The position numbers and the translations under genes were made by a program. From the NCBI GenBank assembly GCA_050613775.1, contig JBODTK010000110.1:186001-250000 (forward strand): a stretch of 64,000 nucleotides of DNA, written 5' to 3'. Every line of letters starts with the position of its first letter. Within the stretch, counting starts at the first letter, position 1. Of the stretch, positions 28,558 through 39,857 are shown in pieces. The notes below the pieces were generated by a model. The model was given only the letters and a program-made list of their open reading frames with translations. It made no database searches and was not told the origin of the DNA. This stretch comes from Neocallimastix sp. 'constans'. Its lineage: Eukaryota.

Positions 28558-31500
28558 TTTTTTTTTTTTTTTTTTTTTAGACTTAGTGAATAACTTTATT
28601 TAATTTATAATAATAATAAAAATACATGATTTAAATAAATCATGTATTTTAATAAATAGTCCCTGATTCTTTCTTAAGAGCTTGTTTAGATGGAGCAACT
28701 AAAACAATATCATCCGCAAAAAGTCCACCACAACAATATTGAGACTCAAATTATACACCATACTTATCACAATTATCCAGTACATCATTAATAAATAAAT
28801 TGAACAAAATAGGGAGATAGAAAGCATCCTTGTCTAATACCACGATTAATCGAAAATTCTTCTGAGAGATCACCATTAAAAAAAAGCACGAGCTTTAGAG
28901 GATAGATAAAGGTTCCTTAAAAACAGATGACATTTACCTAAGTTATATAATTTGGTCAAAATATTAAAGATAGGTACTGAATCATAGGCTTTTTTAAGAT
29001 CAAGAAAAGCAAGATAAGTAAAATTTCCTTGAAATTTTCTTCTTTGGCATATTTCTCTAATTGAAATTTATAAACTTATACATTCTTCTTTATTTCTAAA
29101 TCCAAATTGTTCAGGTCTAATAAATTTATGGTCTAAGGCAAATTTAGCAATTCTATTAGTAACAATCTTTGAAATAATTTTTAAGCCAACATTAATAAGA
29201 GAAATATTTGGAATTGATATTATAGAAGCCGAATTCCACTCTTCAGGGAAATCACCATCCCAGATTTTGTTAAATAATGAAAGTAAGCATTTAGCACAAT
29301 CAGAGTAGTGAGTATCTGAAGAATCATCTTGATTATCGGATAAATCAGATTTACTAAAGAAGGCTTTAAAAAATTCAATCGGAATACCATCGGGTCCAGG
29401 AGCTTTATTATTTTTCATATCAAGCACAGTGTTTTGAATTTCTTCCATAGTAATAGGATCATTAATATTCCAAGTAGGATTATTATTAGGATTAGTTCCA
29501 ATTAAACTTACCCAGTATTCATTATCCAAACTATGTTTAGTAACATCAGAAGCTAGTTCACTATATTGTTCAGCAAATCGATTCAATTGATCCGAATGAG
29601 AAAATAAAAAGTTACCCTACTTGTCCTTTAAAACGTCTAACGAAATAGAATTAGAGTACATAAGGTGAGATAACTTCTTTAATTTTAACCAAGCACTCCT
29701 AGCATTTTTATTTTGAAAATCATTAAATGCAGATTCTATTGACTGATGAAATTGTTTTGATTTAATAGAAAACTTAATTGACCTGACTTTACCACATATA
29801 TTTTTATATTCACGAAGCAAATTTAAAAATTCATCAAGCTTTTCAAGATTAGGACCTAAAGAAAATTTTTTGATTTCATTAAATGCAACATGCTTTTCAT
29901 GAGAAAGTTTCTTGATATAATATAATAAGGGGAGTAGAAAGCTGAGCTTTTAAGATCACAAGGAACTCTAGCATGAACTTTATCACCAACTTTATTAGCT
30001 GTTTCTATAAATTTATTGACCATTTCATTCTTTATATTATCATTAAATTCATTAAGAAGAATTGAGAAGTAGTTACTTGAGAATATTTCATTATGCTTTT
30101 CATTACACATGTGTTGGGACCACTTAAATCTTCTAGATGGAGTAGGAGCATGAAAACCTTCTGAGTCATCTTTCTTACAGGAAAGGATAAGAAGGAAGTG
30201 ATCAGAAATATCATTAAATGTACTACAAACAGAAACCTTATTAATGTATTCCTTCATTTTACATTTAAATAAAACATGATCAATATAAAACAATCTACCA
30301 TTCTGAGCCCATGTAAAATCAAGACCCGTTAAGTTTTTAGAGAATCACTGAAGAGATGATATATTAAATAAATTTTCTAATTAGGATTTAGACATATTAA
30401 AGTTATCTACAAGAATAGAAGGAGTATTAGTATGTTTCTTTATCCAATTAGTAATTTCTGAAAAGGCATTCATTCTCTCTTCCTTATGAGTGACCGAAGG
30501 AACATAAATATTACCAATAGTGCATTTAATTCCCCAAAAAGAAGTAATGTTGACAGAAATGATATACTTATATTCAAAAGGATCGGGAGAAAATGAACAA
30601 GAACGATGTACACTTATACTAAGACCTCTCATACCAGGTATATTTGGATCAATTTTTCGTAAAATTGTATTATAGTGACAAAGAAATGGGTAATAAAATG
30701 AATGTACATTAAGGTATTGGCTATTACCGACCTCTTGCAAGCAAATACAGATAGATTTAAAAATTTCATTAAAGTATCTAATACTATCTCGTTTTTCATC
30801 ATTCCATCCATTAATATTCCAATTGACACAAAGATTGAAGAATTGAGTAGACCATTAGTAAATACTACTATATAGAAAATCTTTTACCATAGATTTTGTT
30901 TCAAAAAAAGAAAATTTATTGCTGAATTTCTTAACTTAACTGAAAGTTCGAATTTTTGTTGGTTTTGATCCAATTAATTTTATATATAGGAAGGCATCTA
31001 GTATGAAGAAATAAAATATTTAGATAAAAAAGTAGGTTTATCATAGTTTATCCTTAAAATGAAGTAATTTTCCATATTAGGTGTGTGTTTTTTTTTTTTT
31101 TGTAATTCCATGAACTATTTCATTGCAATTGGAAATACGCTTACTAAGAAATTCCCAAAGTTTACTAACAGAACATGATTGAAGATCATGAATAAAGATA
31201 AGAATGAAATTTTTATTCTGAATATTGTATCTTCGAAGGTCTCGCCGTAAAACAGGTATAGTTGTTGAATTGGAAGAAGTATTATCCATTTCAAGAAAGC
31301 CTAAAAAATAAAATAAAAGAAGTATAAAATAAAAAAATAATAATTATTATAAAAAATTGATAAAAAAAATTTTTTTTTTTTTAATATATATAATAAAATA
31401 AAATAAAAATAAAAGAGAAAGTAAATTCCCTTTAAATAGTATATAAAAAAATATTGGGGTTGAGTATATGAAAGCTTGAAATATATAATTGTTCCTTATG

Positions 31501-32928
31501 ATTTAATTGTTTTTTGATTTTGTAAATAATTGATTTTATCCGGTATTGCTGATCATAATATTTATAAATTTACACAAGGGATATACTGTTAAAATGAATA
31601 ATCGTTACTTTTTATCTTTTGACTGATTGTAATTCTTTCAATTAATAAAGCTCTTTAAGACGTTAAAAATTTTCTGTTAAATAATAATAAATTAGCTAAA
31701 AGTATATTTAAAAAAGAAAAATATTAGTAGAGAAAGATTATAAAAAAGATTCCCATCCCTTAAATAATTTCTTAAACACAAGCTTTGGAGTGAATCAATC
31801 TCCTACATTTCCATTTTACAATAGCTACATGAAAGTATAAATAATACTATAGAAAAAAAAACATATATAAAATAATGCTAAAGTAAAAAATACAATAGAT
31901 TCATTACAATGATAATATGTAGGAACTACATGATATTATTATTTATACAACTCTAATGTTACTTCATATCCAGTTTAAAACAATATAAAACATCAAGTTC
32001 ACTTTCTACAGTCTTCCAGTATTCCAATTTTCTCACTTTGTACTAGTAACCACTTTAGAAAGGATTTTTTTTTTTTTAGACAGGGAAGAGAATACACTTC
32101 CATAACTTTATTAATTTTATTATAAAAAAAATATATGTAGGTGAAAAGTACACTTGAAATTAAAAAATAAAAATAAAAGTTAAAAAATAAAAAATAAAAA
32201 AGCTCAATAATACTATGTTTTTCGGCAAGTTGTACTATGCGGGAATTTCCCCTTCTTAACAAATAAAAAAGTAATAAAACCTAGAAGTAACATATTTAAA
32301 ATAGATAATGTGGTGTCCACTAAACTCTCCCCGGATTCATCATTTATTGAACTACTAAGGCGAGATTCACCCTTCGTAGATATAGATGATGATCCTGTAT
32401 TATCATTATGCCTTATCAATACGACGTCGACGCTCTTGGTTAAGTTTGGTAATTTGGAATACCTATCAAATAATAGCTCAAACGAACTACTTATGATAGG
32501 TATTGCGCTAGTTAAGAATTTCATCAATCCCACTATTATTGGAACAAGTATGTATAATAATTGATATAATCTTCAAAATCAGAAATAGAGATCATCGATG
32601 AAATTTAAAGAATTCCATCTAAAAGATGCAAGAGCATCGCATTTAAAAATCCAATGTTTAAAAGATTGATTACCTTTTCTTTTTATATTTATAACCACAG
32701 CTTAAACGTATAATCCACGAAAACCCTAAGTTGAATTGGGGATATTTTAAACTAAAAGTAAGTATAGCTTTATTATTTGAGAACTTGTTACTATAGTAGT
32801 TTTGACCTTTAATACCTTGAAATTTGGAAACTGATTTCCAGTAAACTTTAGAAAGGATAACCATCGATTATCATCAGAATTACAGAAAGCTGTAATTAGT
32901 ACACCTGATATAGGCTATTCCTTTTCCA
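28558..32928 (-). mobile_element. Degenerate near-full-length LINE (APE + RT), frameshifted, with an internal 3' deletion and a nested insertion at 32066-32844
   Basis: ORF fragments at 31077, 30381, 29856, 29617 and 29068 are colinear with the intact ORF (FILIFIHDL, QEVGNS, GNIYVPS, DISDH, KAPGPDGIP, EQFGFRNKEECISL, GGLFADD at ~28710). 5' UTR 31740-32065 matches 38680-39003. Poly(A) is the T-run 28558-28578. Confidence 0.93.
32066..32844 (-). mobile_element. 5'-truncated LINE inserted in the 5' motif of another LINE, 14-bp TSD
   Basis: TSD ACTTTAGAAAGGAT at 32052-32065 and 32845-32858; T-run 32066-32077. Coding remnants LKYPQFNLGFSWIIRLSCGY, SFKHWIFKC, GLMKFLTSAIPII..TKSVDVV. Confidence 0.92.
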
Positions 32929-33026
32929 CTGTGAAACCAGCAAATTAAGGGAAAAAATATGAAGGACTCGAAGAAACAATAACAACTGCTATCAGCAATT
33001 TTTATCAATAAAAAAAAAAAAAAAAA

Positions 33027-34122
33027 TTTTTTTTTTTTTTTTTTTTAACGGCAGCAAACTTGTTTCATCTTTATTAATTAAATATTTGAAAAAAAAAATA
33101 CATGTAATAAAAAAGAAAAATAAAGATAAAAAAAATAAACAAAACAAAAAAAAAAAAAAACACAAAATAAAAATAAAATAAAATAAAATAATGGTATAAA
33201 ACATTCTAGTTTCATTTAATTAATATATGTAAGAATTCACAAGGGTATTATTATACTGAAGTATAATAATTAATCATAATTTTAAGATACGAAATTATGA
33301 TCTTCATTGGTTGCGCTAGCTCTACTGGCCTGTCTTACTGTTTCTTCAACATTGACGCTCTTGGTAGTAGTAGTACGATTCGATTTGAACCTATTGAACA
33401 AAGACCATTGCTGGCCAATAGCAATGGGTATAATCGATTGAAGAAGTGCCGCAGTAACCACCAAGAATGGAATATCAGAATAAGCACCTGATTTCATCTG
33501 GCACTTAAATAGATCCTTCCATTCCCTTGTACTGTTATTAATACTTCGACCTCCAAGAAGGAAATTAAACACTTTTTCACACACACTAGAATCAACATAC
33601 ACATTATTTTCAATACTATTACTAATATTACTAAAAATACTATTACTAATATTACTATAACTATTATTACTATTACTATTATTACTATTACTAATATTAC
33701 TAAAAATACTATTACTAATATTACTATAACTATTATTACTATTACTATTATTACTATTACTATTATTACTATTACTATTATTACTATTACTATTATCATT
33801 ATTACTATTAACAATATTATTTGTTAGGTTGCTACGGTTAAAATCATTATATAAAAATAAAATTATATCATTAACTTTACTACGAACATGATTAAAAAAT
33901 GGACAATCAATTAATCAATGACTTATCCATTGTTTATTACTTTTACAACAGGGACAAAAATTAGGACACATTTGATCTATTATTTTTGCAGCTTTAGCAA
34001 TTCTAGCATCTAATCTATATCCGCTTCGTGCTCTCAATAGCCAATAGAAACCATATGAAAGATCAGGATATTCATAACAAAGTTTTATAAATTTTGATGT
34101 TTCTTCGAATTTGTTTTTGAGC
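33027..34122 (-). mobile_element. 5'-truncated LINE of a second family (Zn-knuckle region, Asn/Ser-repeat insert, distinct 3' UTR)
   Basis: Reads YPDLSYGFYWLLRARSGY...CPNFCPCCK...SH and FNFLLGG...TKSVNVEETVRQ. T-run 33027-33046; tail is AATAAAGATGAAACAAGTTTGCTGCCGTT(A)n. Confidence 0.88.
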
Positions 34123-34173
34123 ACTCAATATATAATAATAAATATTAATATCATAATCCTTTTCTGAATCTTC

Positions 34174-34179
<6 letters not shown>

Positions 34180-34217
<38 letters not shown>

Positions 34218-37200
34218 CTAGGAATAAACTTTATTTAATAATATTTTTTTAAAAAATACATGAAATTTAAATACATGAAATTTTTTTATATTAATATTAA
34301 AAAACTACGTTATGAGCTTCGAGGACGAAAAGGCCTCTAACTCTTCCCATTCATCGAAGATAACCCCATGTGGATGAAAATTATCATTCGAATCTGTATC
34401 AGAATTTCTTCTTTGCCTTATCGTTACGACGTCGACACTCTTGACAACGGTAGGTCTAACACTATACAAATCGATCATGGTGTAAAAATCACCAATCACA
34501 ATAGGCATAACGTTAGTAAGGAATTCCGCAAGCCCCACAAAAAATGAAATCGGGAAAGAAGACTCGTTCGAAGGTGATTGAAAAATATTATTAATAAGTC
34601 GCCTTCTTTCCCCCGAGCCGATCTTTAAGATTTCAAATACTGCATTTCCGCCAAGAAGGATACACAGCACGTAAAAATTGATATTATCATCAAAATCTTC
34701 CTCTTTATCATCAGGAATGTTCAATGATTTCTCATGAACAATTAGAGAAAAATTAATAAAAATTTCATCAACAAAGGGAATGAAATGTTGCCTAAATTCT
34801 TCAAATTTAGGACATAAAAGTATCCAGTGTGTAAAACTAGGTATGCTGTTACTCTCACCACAACAAGGGCAGTATGTTGGGCAATTTTCTGATACTAGAT
34901 TACTTTTAACATACGTTTTTACATCAAATTTGAATCCACATTTAATTCGTCCAATCCAAAAAAATCCAAGAGAAAATTGTGAATATTTAAGTGATAGACG
35001 ATGAATAAATTTTTTAAAACCAAATTTAAATTTCTTGTATTTTGTAGATCTGATGGCAGGAGTGCTTGAATAATGAATATTTTCCCAGTAAAACTTCCTT
35101 ATTTCTCCAGGAAGTTTATTACTGTGCTTGTGTACTGCTAAACTCCGTGCTTTTTTCGTCCATGAATAGTGAGAAAGTGTAGGTATATTTTTGACTAAAT
35201 GAGAAATAATACAAGAAGAATCTTTCCACTTTTTAAAGCATCGAATCATCGCCTTAGCACAAAAACTAGCTATAGGAGGTATAGAAAGTTCCTTAGACAT
35301 ATTGTAAATTGAAGTATTGGAGGTTTTATTTTTAAACCCGAAACTCCAATACAAACCTCGATTAAAAGCAGTTTGAGCTTTTTCAGTATTCTTTTTATTT
35401 GAACCAAGTAAGGGAGCATAATAAAGAACTGAACTAAGGACAAAAGAAACTAGTATACGAGTTTTAAAGTAGAAAGGAACATTCCTATTGGTTAAAAATC
35501 TAAAGAAAGAGTTAACTGTATAATTAATTATACTGTTCATCTTAGCAATAATAGGTTTTAAATCCAACGATTCATTAAAAGGTATACCAAGATATGTATA
35601 TTGATTAGTGCTTGGTATATAGTTCATACCAAGTCTAAATGTAGGATTTTCATAATGTCTTGAAGGAATAAAATTCTTTGGTTTAACAACTAGTGTAGCG
35701 CATTTATTGATTCCAAAGGTCATTTCATTTTTAATACCCCAATCATGAGCAATATTCAAAAGGTTTTTAAGTGAAGATTTTGTAGGAGCTAATAATACAA
35801 TATCATCAGCAAATAATCCACCACAACACTTTTTCTTTTCAGTAATCACACCATATCTTTTACATTTATCAAAAATATCATTGATAAATATATTGAATAA
35901 GATAGGTGAGAGAGGACACCCTTGGCGAACACCACGGTGTATTGGAAATTCTTTTGAAAGTTTACCATTAAAGATTGCACGAGCTTTCGAGGTAAGGTAT
36001 AGATTAGTAATGAATTGAAGGCATTTACCACGAATACCAAGATTATCTAGTTTAGTAAGTATATTGTAAATTGGAACTGAATCATAAGCTTTTTTAAGGT
36101 CAAGAAAGGCAAGAAAGGTAAATTTATCCTTAAATTTTCTTCTTTGACAAATTTCACGAATGGATACAAATAAACTAATACATTCTTCTTTATTTCTAAA
36201 ACCAAACTGTTCTGGTCTAATTATTCCATTAGAAAAAGCATAGTCCGATATTCTTTTAGTGACAATTTTTGATAGAATTTTTAAACCTACATTGATGAGT
36301 GAAATACCACGATAATTATTACAATCTGAAAGATCCCCTTTTTTAGGAATAGAAACAATAGAAGCAGAGTTCCATTCATTAGGAAAGTCACCATCCCAAA
36401 TTTTATTAAAAAGTAATAACAGACACTTTGCACAATCGGAATAAGTAACCTCTTGATTAGAGTCATCCTGAGAAGAATTTCTACTCTCAGAATTAAAAAA
36501 TGCTTTAAAAAATTCTGTAGGTATACCATCAGGACCAGGTGCTTTGTTATTTTTCATTGAACGAACAGTTGAATGAATTTCTGACATGGAAATAGGTTGA
36601 TTAATATCCCATGATTCCTGAGGAGTAGAAGAATTATTAAGTATTCTTTTCCAATAATTTTCATTAAGACTGTGACCAGTTATATCAGAAGCAAGTTCTT
36701 CATAGTGTTCTGCAAAACGATTGAGTTGATCTTCTTGGGATACTAGAACATTACCTTCTTTATCTTTAATGTATACAGGTGATTGGGAAGGAGAGTAAGA
36801 AGGTTTAGAAATTTTCTTAAGTCCAGACCAACCACGCTGGGCATCATTTTTTAAGAAACATTCGCCGATGGAATGAATCAAATTTTTAAATCTAATATTT
36901 CTAATATTTCTTTTAATACTAATGATATAATCAGAGAGAACTCTATATTCTTTTGAGAGATCACAAAATTCTTGAAGATTTGACAAATCATTACGAAGTT
37001 TAAAATTTTTAATCCTTTTATAAAATAAATGTTTTTCATGTGATAATTTCTTAATATAAGCAGGACAATGGAACGCTGAACCCTGTAAATTTGTAGGAAC
37101 TCTTGCTTGAATGTCATCGCCTATTTTATTTGCTGTGTCAAGAAGTTTTTTAACCATTGTATTAGAGTCTAGATTATCATTATGTTCAAATTCATCCAGT

Positions 37201-39117
37201 AAACATGTGAATTTATTATGAGAGAAGATTGCTTCACGTTTATCCCTACAAATTCGATTAGACCACTTAATTTGTTTATCCCGAGGGGGAGTAACAAAAC
37301 CATCAGGAGATATTTTTTTACAAGAAAGAATAAGTGGTAAATGGTCAGAGATGTCATTAAAAGAGTAGCATACAGAAGCAATATTCAGATAATTTCTTAA
37401 TTTATCGTTCACTACTATAAAATCAATACAAGAATTCTTTCCACCATTAGACCAAGTAAATTGATGACCAACCATATCCATAACAAACCATTGAGGGGAA
37501 ATTCTAAGAATAAGATCTTTGAGTTGTTGCTTAGTCATGTTGAAATCACCAACAATAGCCGAAGGGTTATTCTGATGGTTCTTGAGCCAATTAGCAAAAT
37601 CAGTTTCCGCTTTTTCTCTAGAGTCTTTGTGTTTTTTGCTAGGGATGTAAATGTTCCCTAAAGAACATCTGACACCCCAAAAAGAGAATATATTTACTGA
37701 GAGTATATATCTATATTCAAAATCATCATTAGTGAATTGGCAGGAGGAGTGCACACCTATATAAAGGCCCCTCATACCAGGGATTTTTTTGTCCGCACGT
37801 CTCAGTACTGTTCTATAATGATTAAGGAATGGATATGAGTTAGAAAAGGAGTTAAGGAATGAACTATTACCGACTTCTTGAAGACAAATACAAATAGGAT
37901 TAAAGATTGAATTAAAATTGGTAAGTCCGTCACGTTTTTCAGAATTCCAACCATTTATGTTCCAGCTAATACAGAGGTTGAAATATTTAGTATTCGAGAA
38001 AGAGTTAGCATACAGGAGGCTTTCAGAGATGGGGATTGAGGGTTCAGAATAATACCTGGTTCTATTATGATTAACAGTACTAAATGTGCGTATCCTTGAA
38101 GTAATCTTCCATTTAATTCTTTTAACAGGTAAGTGCTTAGTAATCAAATAAATAACCTTCAAATAATCAGTACAATTATTATAGTTAACTCTTAGGATGA
38201 AGTAGTTTTCCATATTAATATAGTGTTTTTTAACGATTCCATGAACAACTTCATTACAATTTGATATCTTTTTGCTTAAAAATTCCCATAGTCTACTTTC
38301 AGTCCAAGATTCAAGATCATGAATGAAAATTAAAACAAATTTATCATGGTCAGGACCATAAAGTCGCAGACCTCTTCGTATAGTTGACATAATAAAATAA
38401 AAAACTTATCTATATTAATAAAAAGTAAGTGTAATAAAAAAATAAAAAATAAAATTAGTAAAAATTAAAAAATTAAAAAAAAAATAAAAATTTATTGCTG
38501 TTGTCTTCTCTTTCGTGTATATTGTTTGCTAAAACTTGTTTGTTTTTCTTTCTTTTTGTGTTGACTAGTTTTAATTAATGATTTTCAATTATAAATTCCT
38601 GTTTTATGTAAAAATTTCTGTAAAATAATCATATATAATATAAAATTTAAGTGTTAATGAAATAATAGTTGTGAAAAACTATAAAAAGATTCCCATCCGT
38701 TAAATAATGTCTCAAACACAAGCTTTGGAGTGAATCAATCTCCTACATTTCCATTTTACAATAGCTACATGAGAGTATAAATAATACTATAGAAAAAAAC
38801 ATATACAAAATAATGCTAAAGTAAAAAATACAATAGATTCATTACAATGATAATATGTAGAAACTACATGATATTATTAATTGTACAACTCCAATGTTAC
38901 TACATATCCAGTTTAAGACATTATAGAACGTCAAGTTCACTTTCTACAGTCTTCCAGTATTCCAGATTTCTCTCTTCGTACTAGAAGCCACTTTAGAAAG
39001 GATAACCATTGATTATCATCAGAATCACAGAAAGCTGTAATTAGTACACCTGATATAGGTTATTCCTTTTCCATCAACCCTCCATGGACCTGGAAAAACA
39101 GTCCACTTCATTGGGGG
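34180..39117 (-). mobile_element. Intact, apparently full-length LINE (4938 bp) with 12-bp TSD and 35-nt poly(A)
   Basis: TSD ATCTTCAGAAAC at 34168-34179 and 39118-39129; T-run 34180-34214. Uninterrupted 1361-aa ORF, ~730-nt 5' leader, ~90-nt 3' UTR. Confidence 0.96.
34305..38390 (-). CDS. LINE polyprotein: RRM-like N-terminus, AP endonuclease, reverse transcriptase, C-terminal Cys/His Zn knuckle
   Basis: APE motifs SWNING, ICLQE, NIYIP, IVGDFN, SCIDF, SDHLP. RT motifs KAPGPDG, YRGISL, QFGFR, FLDLKKAYDSV, GVRQGCPLSPILFN, LFADD, YTYLG. Zn knuckle CPCCG...HWILLC. Confidence 0.97.
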   Translation of the reverse strand: MSTIRRGLRLYGPDHDKFVLIFIHDLESWTESRLWEFLSKKISNCNEVVHGIVKKHYINMENYFILRVNYNNCTDYLKVIYLITKHLPVKRIKWKITSRIRTFSTVNHNRTRYYSEPSIPISESLLYANSFSNTKYFNLCISWNINGWNSEKRDGLTNFNSIFNPICICLQEVGNSSFLNSFSNSYPFLNHYRTVLRRADKKIPGMRGLYIGVHSSCQFTNDDFEYRYILSVNIFSFWGVRCSLGNIYIPSKKHKDSREKAETDFANWLKNHQNNPSAIVGDFNMTKQQLKDLILRISPQWFVMDMVGHQFTWSNGGKNSCIDFIVVNDKLRNYLNIASVCYSFNDISDHLPLILSCKKISPDGFVTPPRDKQIKWSNRICRDKREAIFSHNKFTCLLDEFEHNDNLDSNTMVKKLLDTANKIGDDIQARVPTNLQGSAFHCPAYIKKLSHEKHLFYKRIKNFKLRNDLSNLQEFCDLSKEYRVLSDYIISIKRNIRNIRFKNLIHSIGECFLKNDAQRGWSGLKKISKPSYSPSQSPVYIKDKEGNVLVSQEDQLNRFAEHYEELASDITGHSLNENYWKRILNNSSTPQESWDINQPISMSEIHSTVRSMKNNKAPGPDGIPTEFFKAFFNSESRNSSQDDSNQEVTYSDCAKCLLLLFNKIWDGDFPNEWNSASIVSIPKKGDLSDCNNYRGISLINVGLKILSKIVTKRISDYAFSNGIIRPEQFGFRNKEECISLFVSIREICQRRKFKDKFTFLAFLDLKKAYDSVPIYNILTKLDNLGIRGKCLQFITNLYLTSKARAIFNGKLSKEFPIHRGVRQGCPLSPILFNIFINDIFDKCKRYGVITEKKKCCGGLFADDIVLLAPTKSSLKNLLNIAHDWGIKNEMTFGINKCATLVVKPKNFIPSRHYENPTFRLGMNYIPSTNQYTYLGIPFNESLDLKPIIAKMNSIINYTVNSFFRFLTNRNVPFYFKTRILVSFVLSSVLYYAPLLGSNKKNTEKAQTAFNRGLYWSFGFKNKTSNTSIYNMSKELSIPPIASFCAKAMIRCFKKWKDSSCIISHLVKNIPTLSHYSWTKKARSLAVHKHSNKLPGEIRKFYWENIHYSSTPAIRSTKYKKFKFGFKKFIHRLSLKYSQFSLGFFWIGRIKCGFKFDVKTYVKSNLVSENCPTYCPCCGESNSIPSFTHWILLCPKFEEFRQHFIPFVDEIFINFSLIVHEKSLNIPDDKEEDFDDNINFYVLCILLGGNAVFEILKIGSGERRRLINNIFQSPSNESSFPISFFVGLAEFLTNVMPIVIGDFYTMIDLYSVRPTVVKSVDVVTIRQRRNSDTDSNDNFHPHGVIFDEWEELEAFSSSKLIT

Positions 39118-39265
39118 ATCTTCAGAAACATCCAAGGATTTTTGTTCAATTATCATTGTAAACTTCAAAAAGAGATCATCGAGAAAAGCTAAAATTTTAT
39201 TTCTGTAATTTTCCAATACTTTACAGGAAAAGATCCAATGAGAAAAACTAGGTACACTAACACCA

Positions 39266-39321
<56 letters not shown>

Positions 39322-39556
39322 CAGGAAAGAGAATACACTTCCAAAACTTTATTAATTTTATTATAAAAAATACATGTAGGTGAAAAGTACATTTGAAATT
39401 AAAAATAAAAAATTAAAAAATAAAAAAATAAAAAGCTCGAAATTACTATGTATTTCGGCAAGTTGTACTATGCGGGAATTTTTCCCTTCCTATCAAATAA
39501 AAAAGAAATAAAACCTAGAAGTAACATCTTTAAAACTAACACCACAACAAGGGCAA
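39118..39556 (-). mobile_element. Short LINE Zn-knuckle fragment split by two later insertions (pieces 39535-39556, 39118-39268, ~34122-34179)
   Basis: Removing the two TSD-flanked inserts restores a continuous frame, CPCCGVSVPSFSHWIFSCKVLENYRNKILAFLDDLFLKFTMIIEQKSLDVSEDSEKDYDINIYYYILS, homologous to the intact ORF. Confidence 0.88.
39269..39534 (-). mobile_element. 266-bp 3'-UTR-only LINE copy with 13-bp TSD
   Basis: TSD ACTAACACCACAA at 39256-39268 and 39535-39547; T-run 39269-39318. Body is very similar to 32078-32300. Confidence 0.92.
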
Positions 39557-39710
39557 CATTTAAAATAAACAAAAAAAAAAACATAAAATAAAATAATGGT
39601 ATAATATATTCTAGTTTAATTTAATTAATATCTGTAAAACTTCACAAGGGCATTATTATACTGTAGTATAATAATTAATTTGACTTCACAATGTTAATCA
39701 TAATTTTAAG

Positions 39711-39713
<3 letters not shown>
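39557..39713 (-). mobile_element. 3' UTR fragment of the second LINE family
   Basis: Aligns by eye with ~33130-33290 (ATAATGGTATAA..TTCTAG...TTCACAAGGG.ATTATTATACTG.AGTATAATAATTAAT...CATAATTTTAAGATA). Confidence 0.75.
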
Positions 39714-39744
<31 letters not shown>

Positions 39745-39857
39745 ATTTGTACAATGTTTGAATTTTTTTTTTATCATCACCTCTCAATATCACATGAACT
39801 AAAGATGGTCTTCCTATCAGTAAAGACCAATTGAAGGTGATACCATCTCATGACGTG

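Noticed and set aside
38995..39045. Hammerhead ribozyme call (CUGAUGA between two hairpins in the LINE 5' motif)
   Set aside because: No GAAA follows the putative stem II (it reads UCCUUUC), and there is no correctly placed NUH/stem III. Kept only as an unclassified structured RNA.
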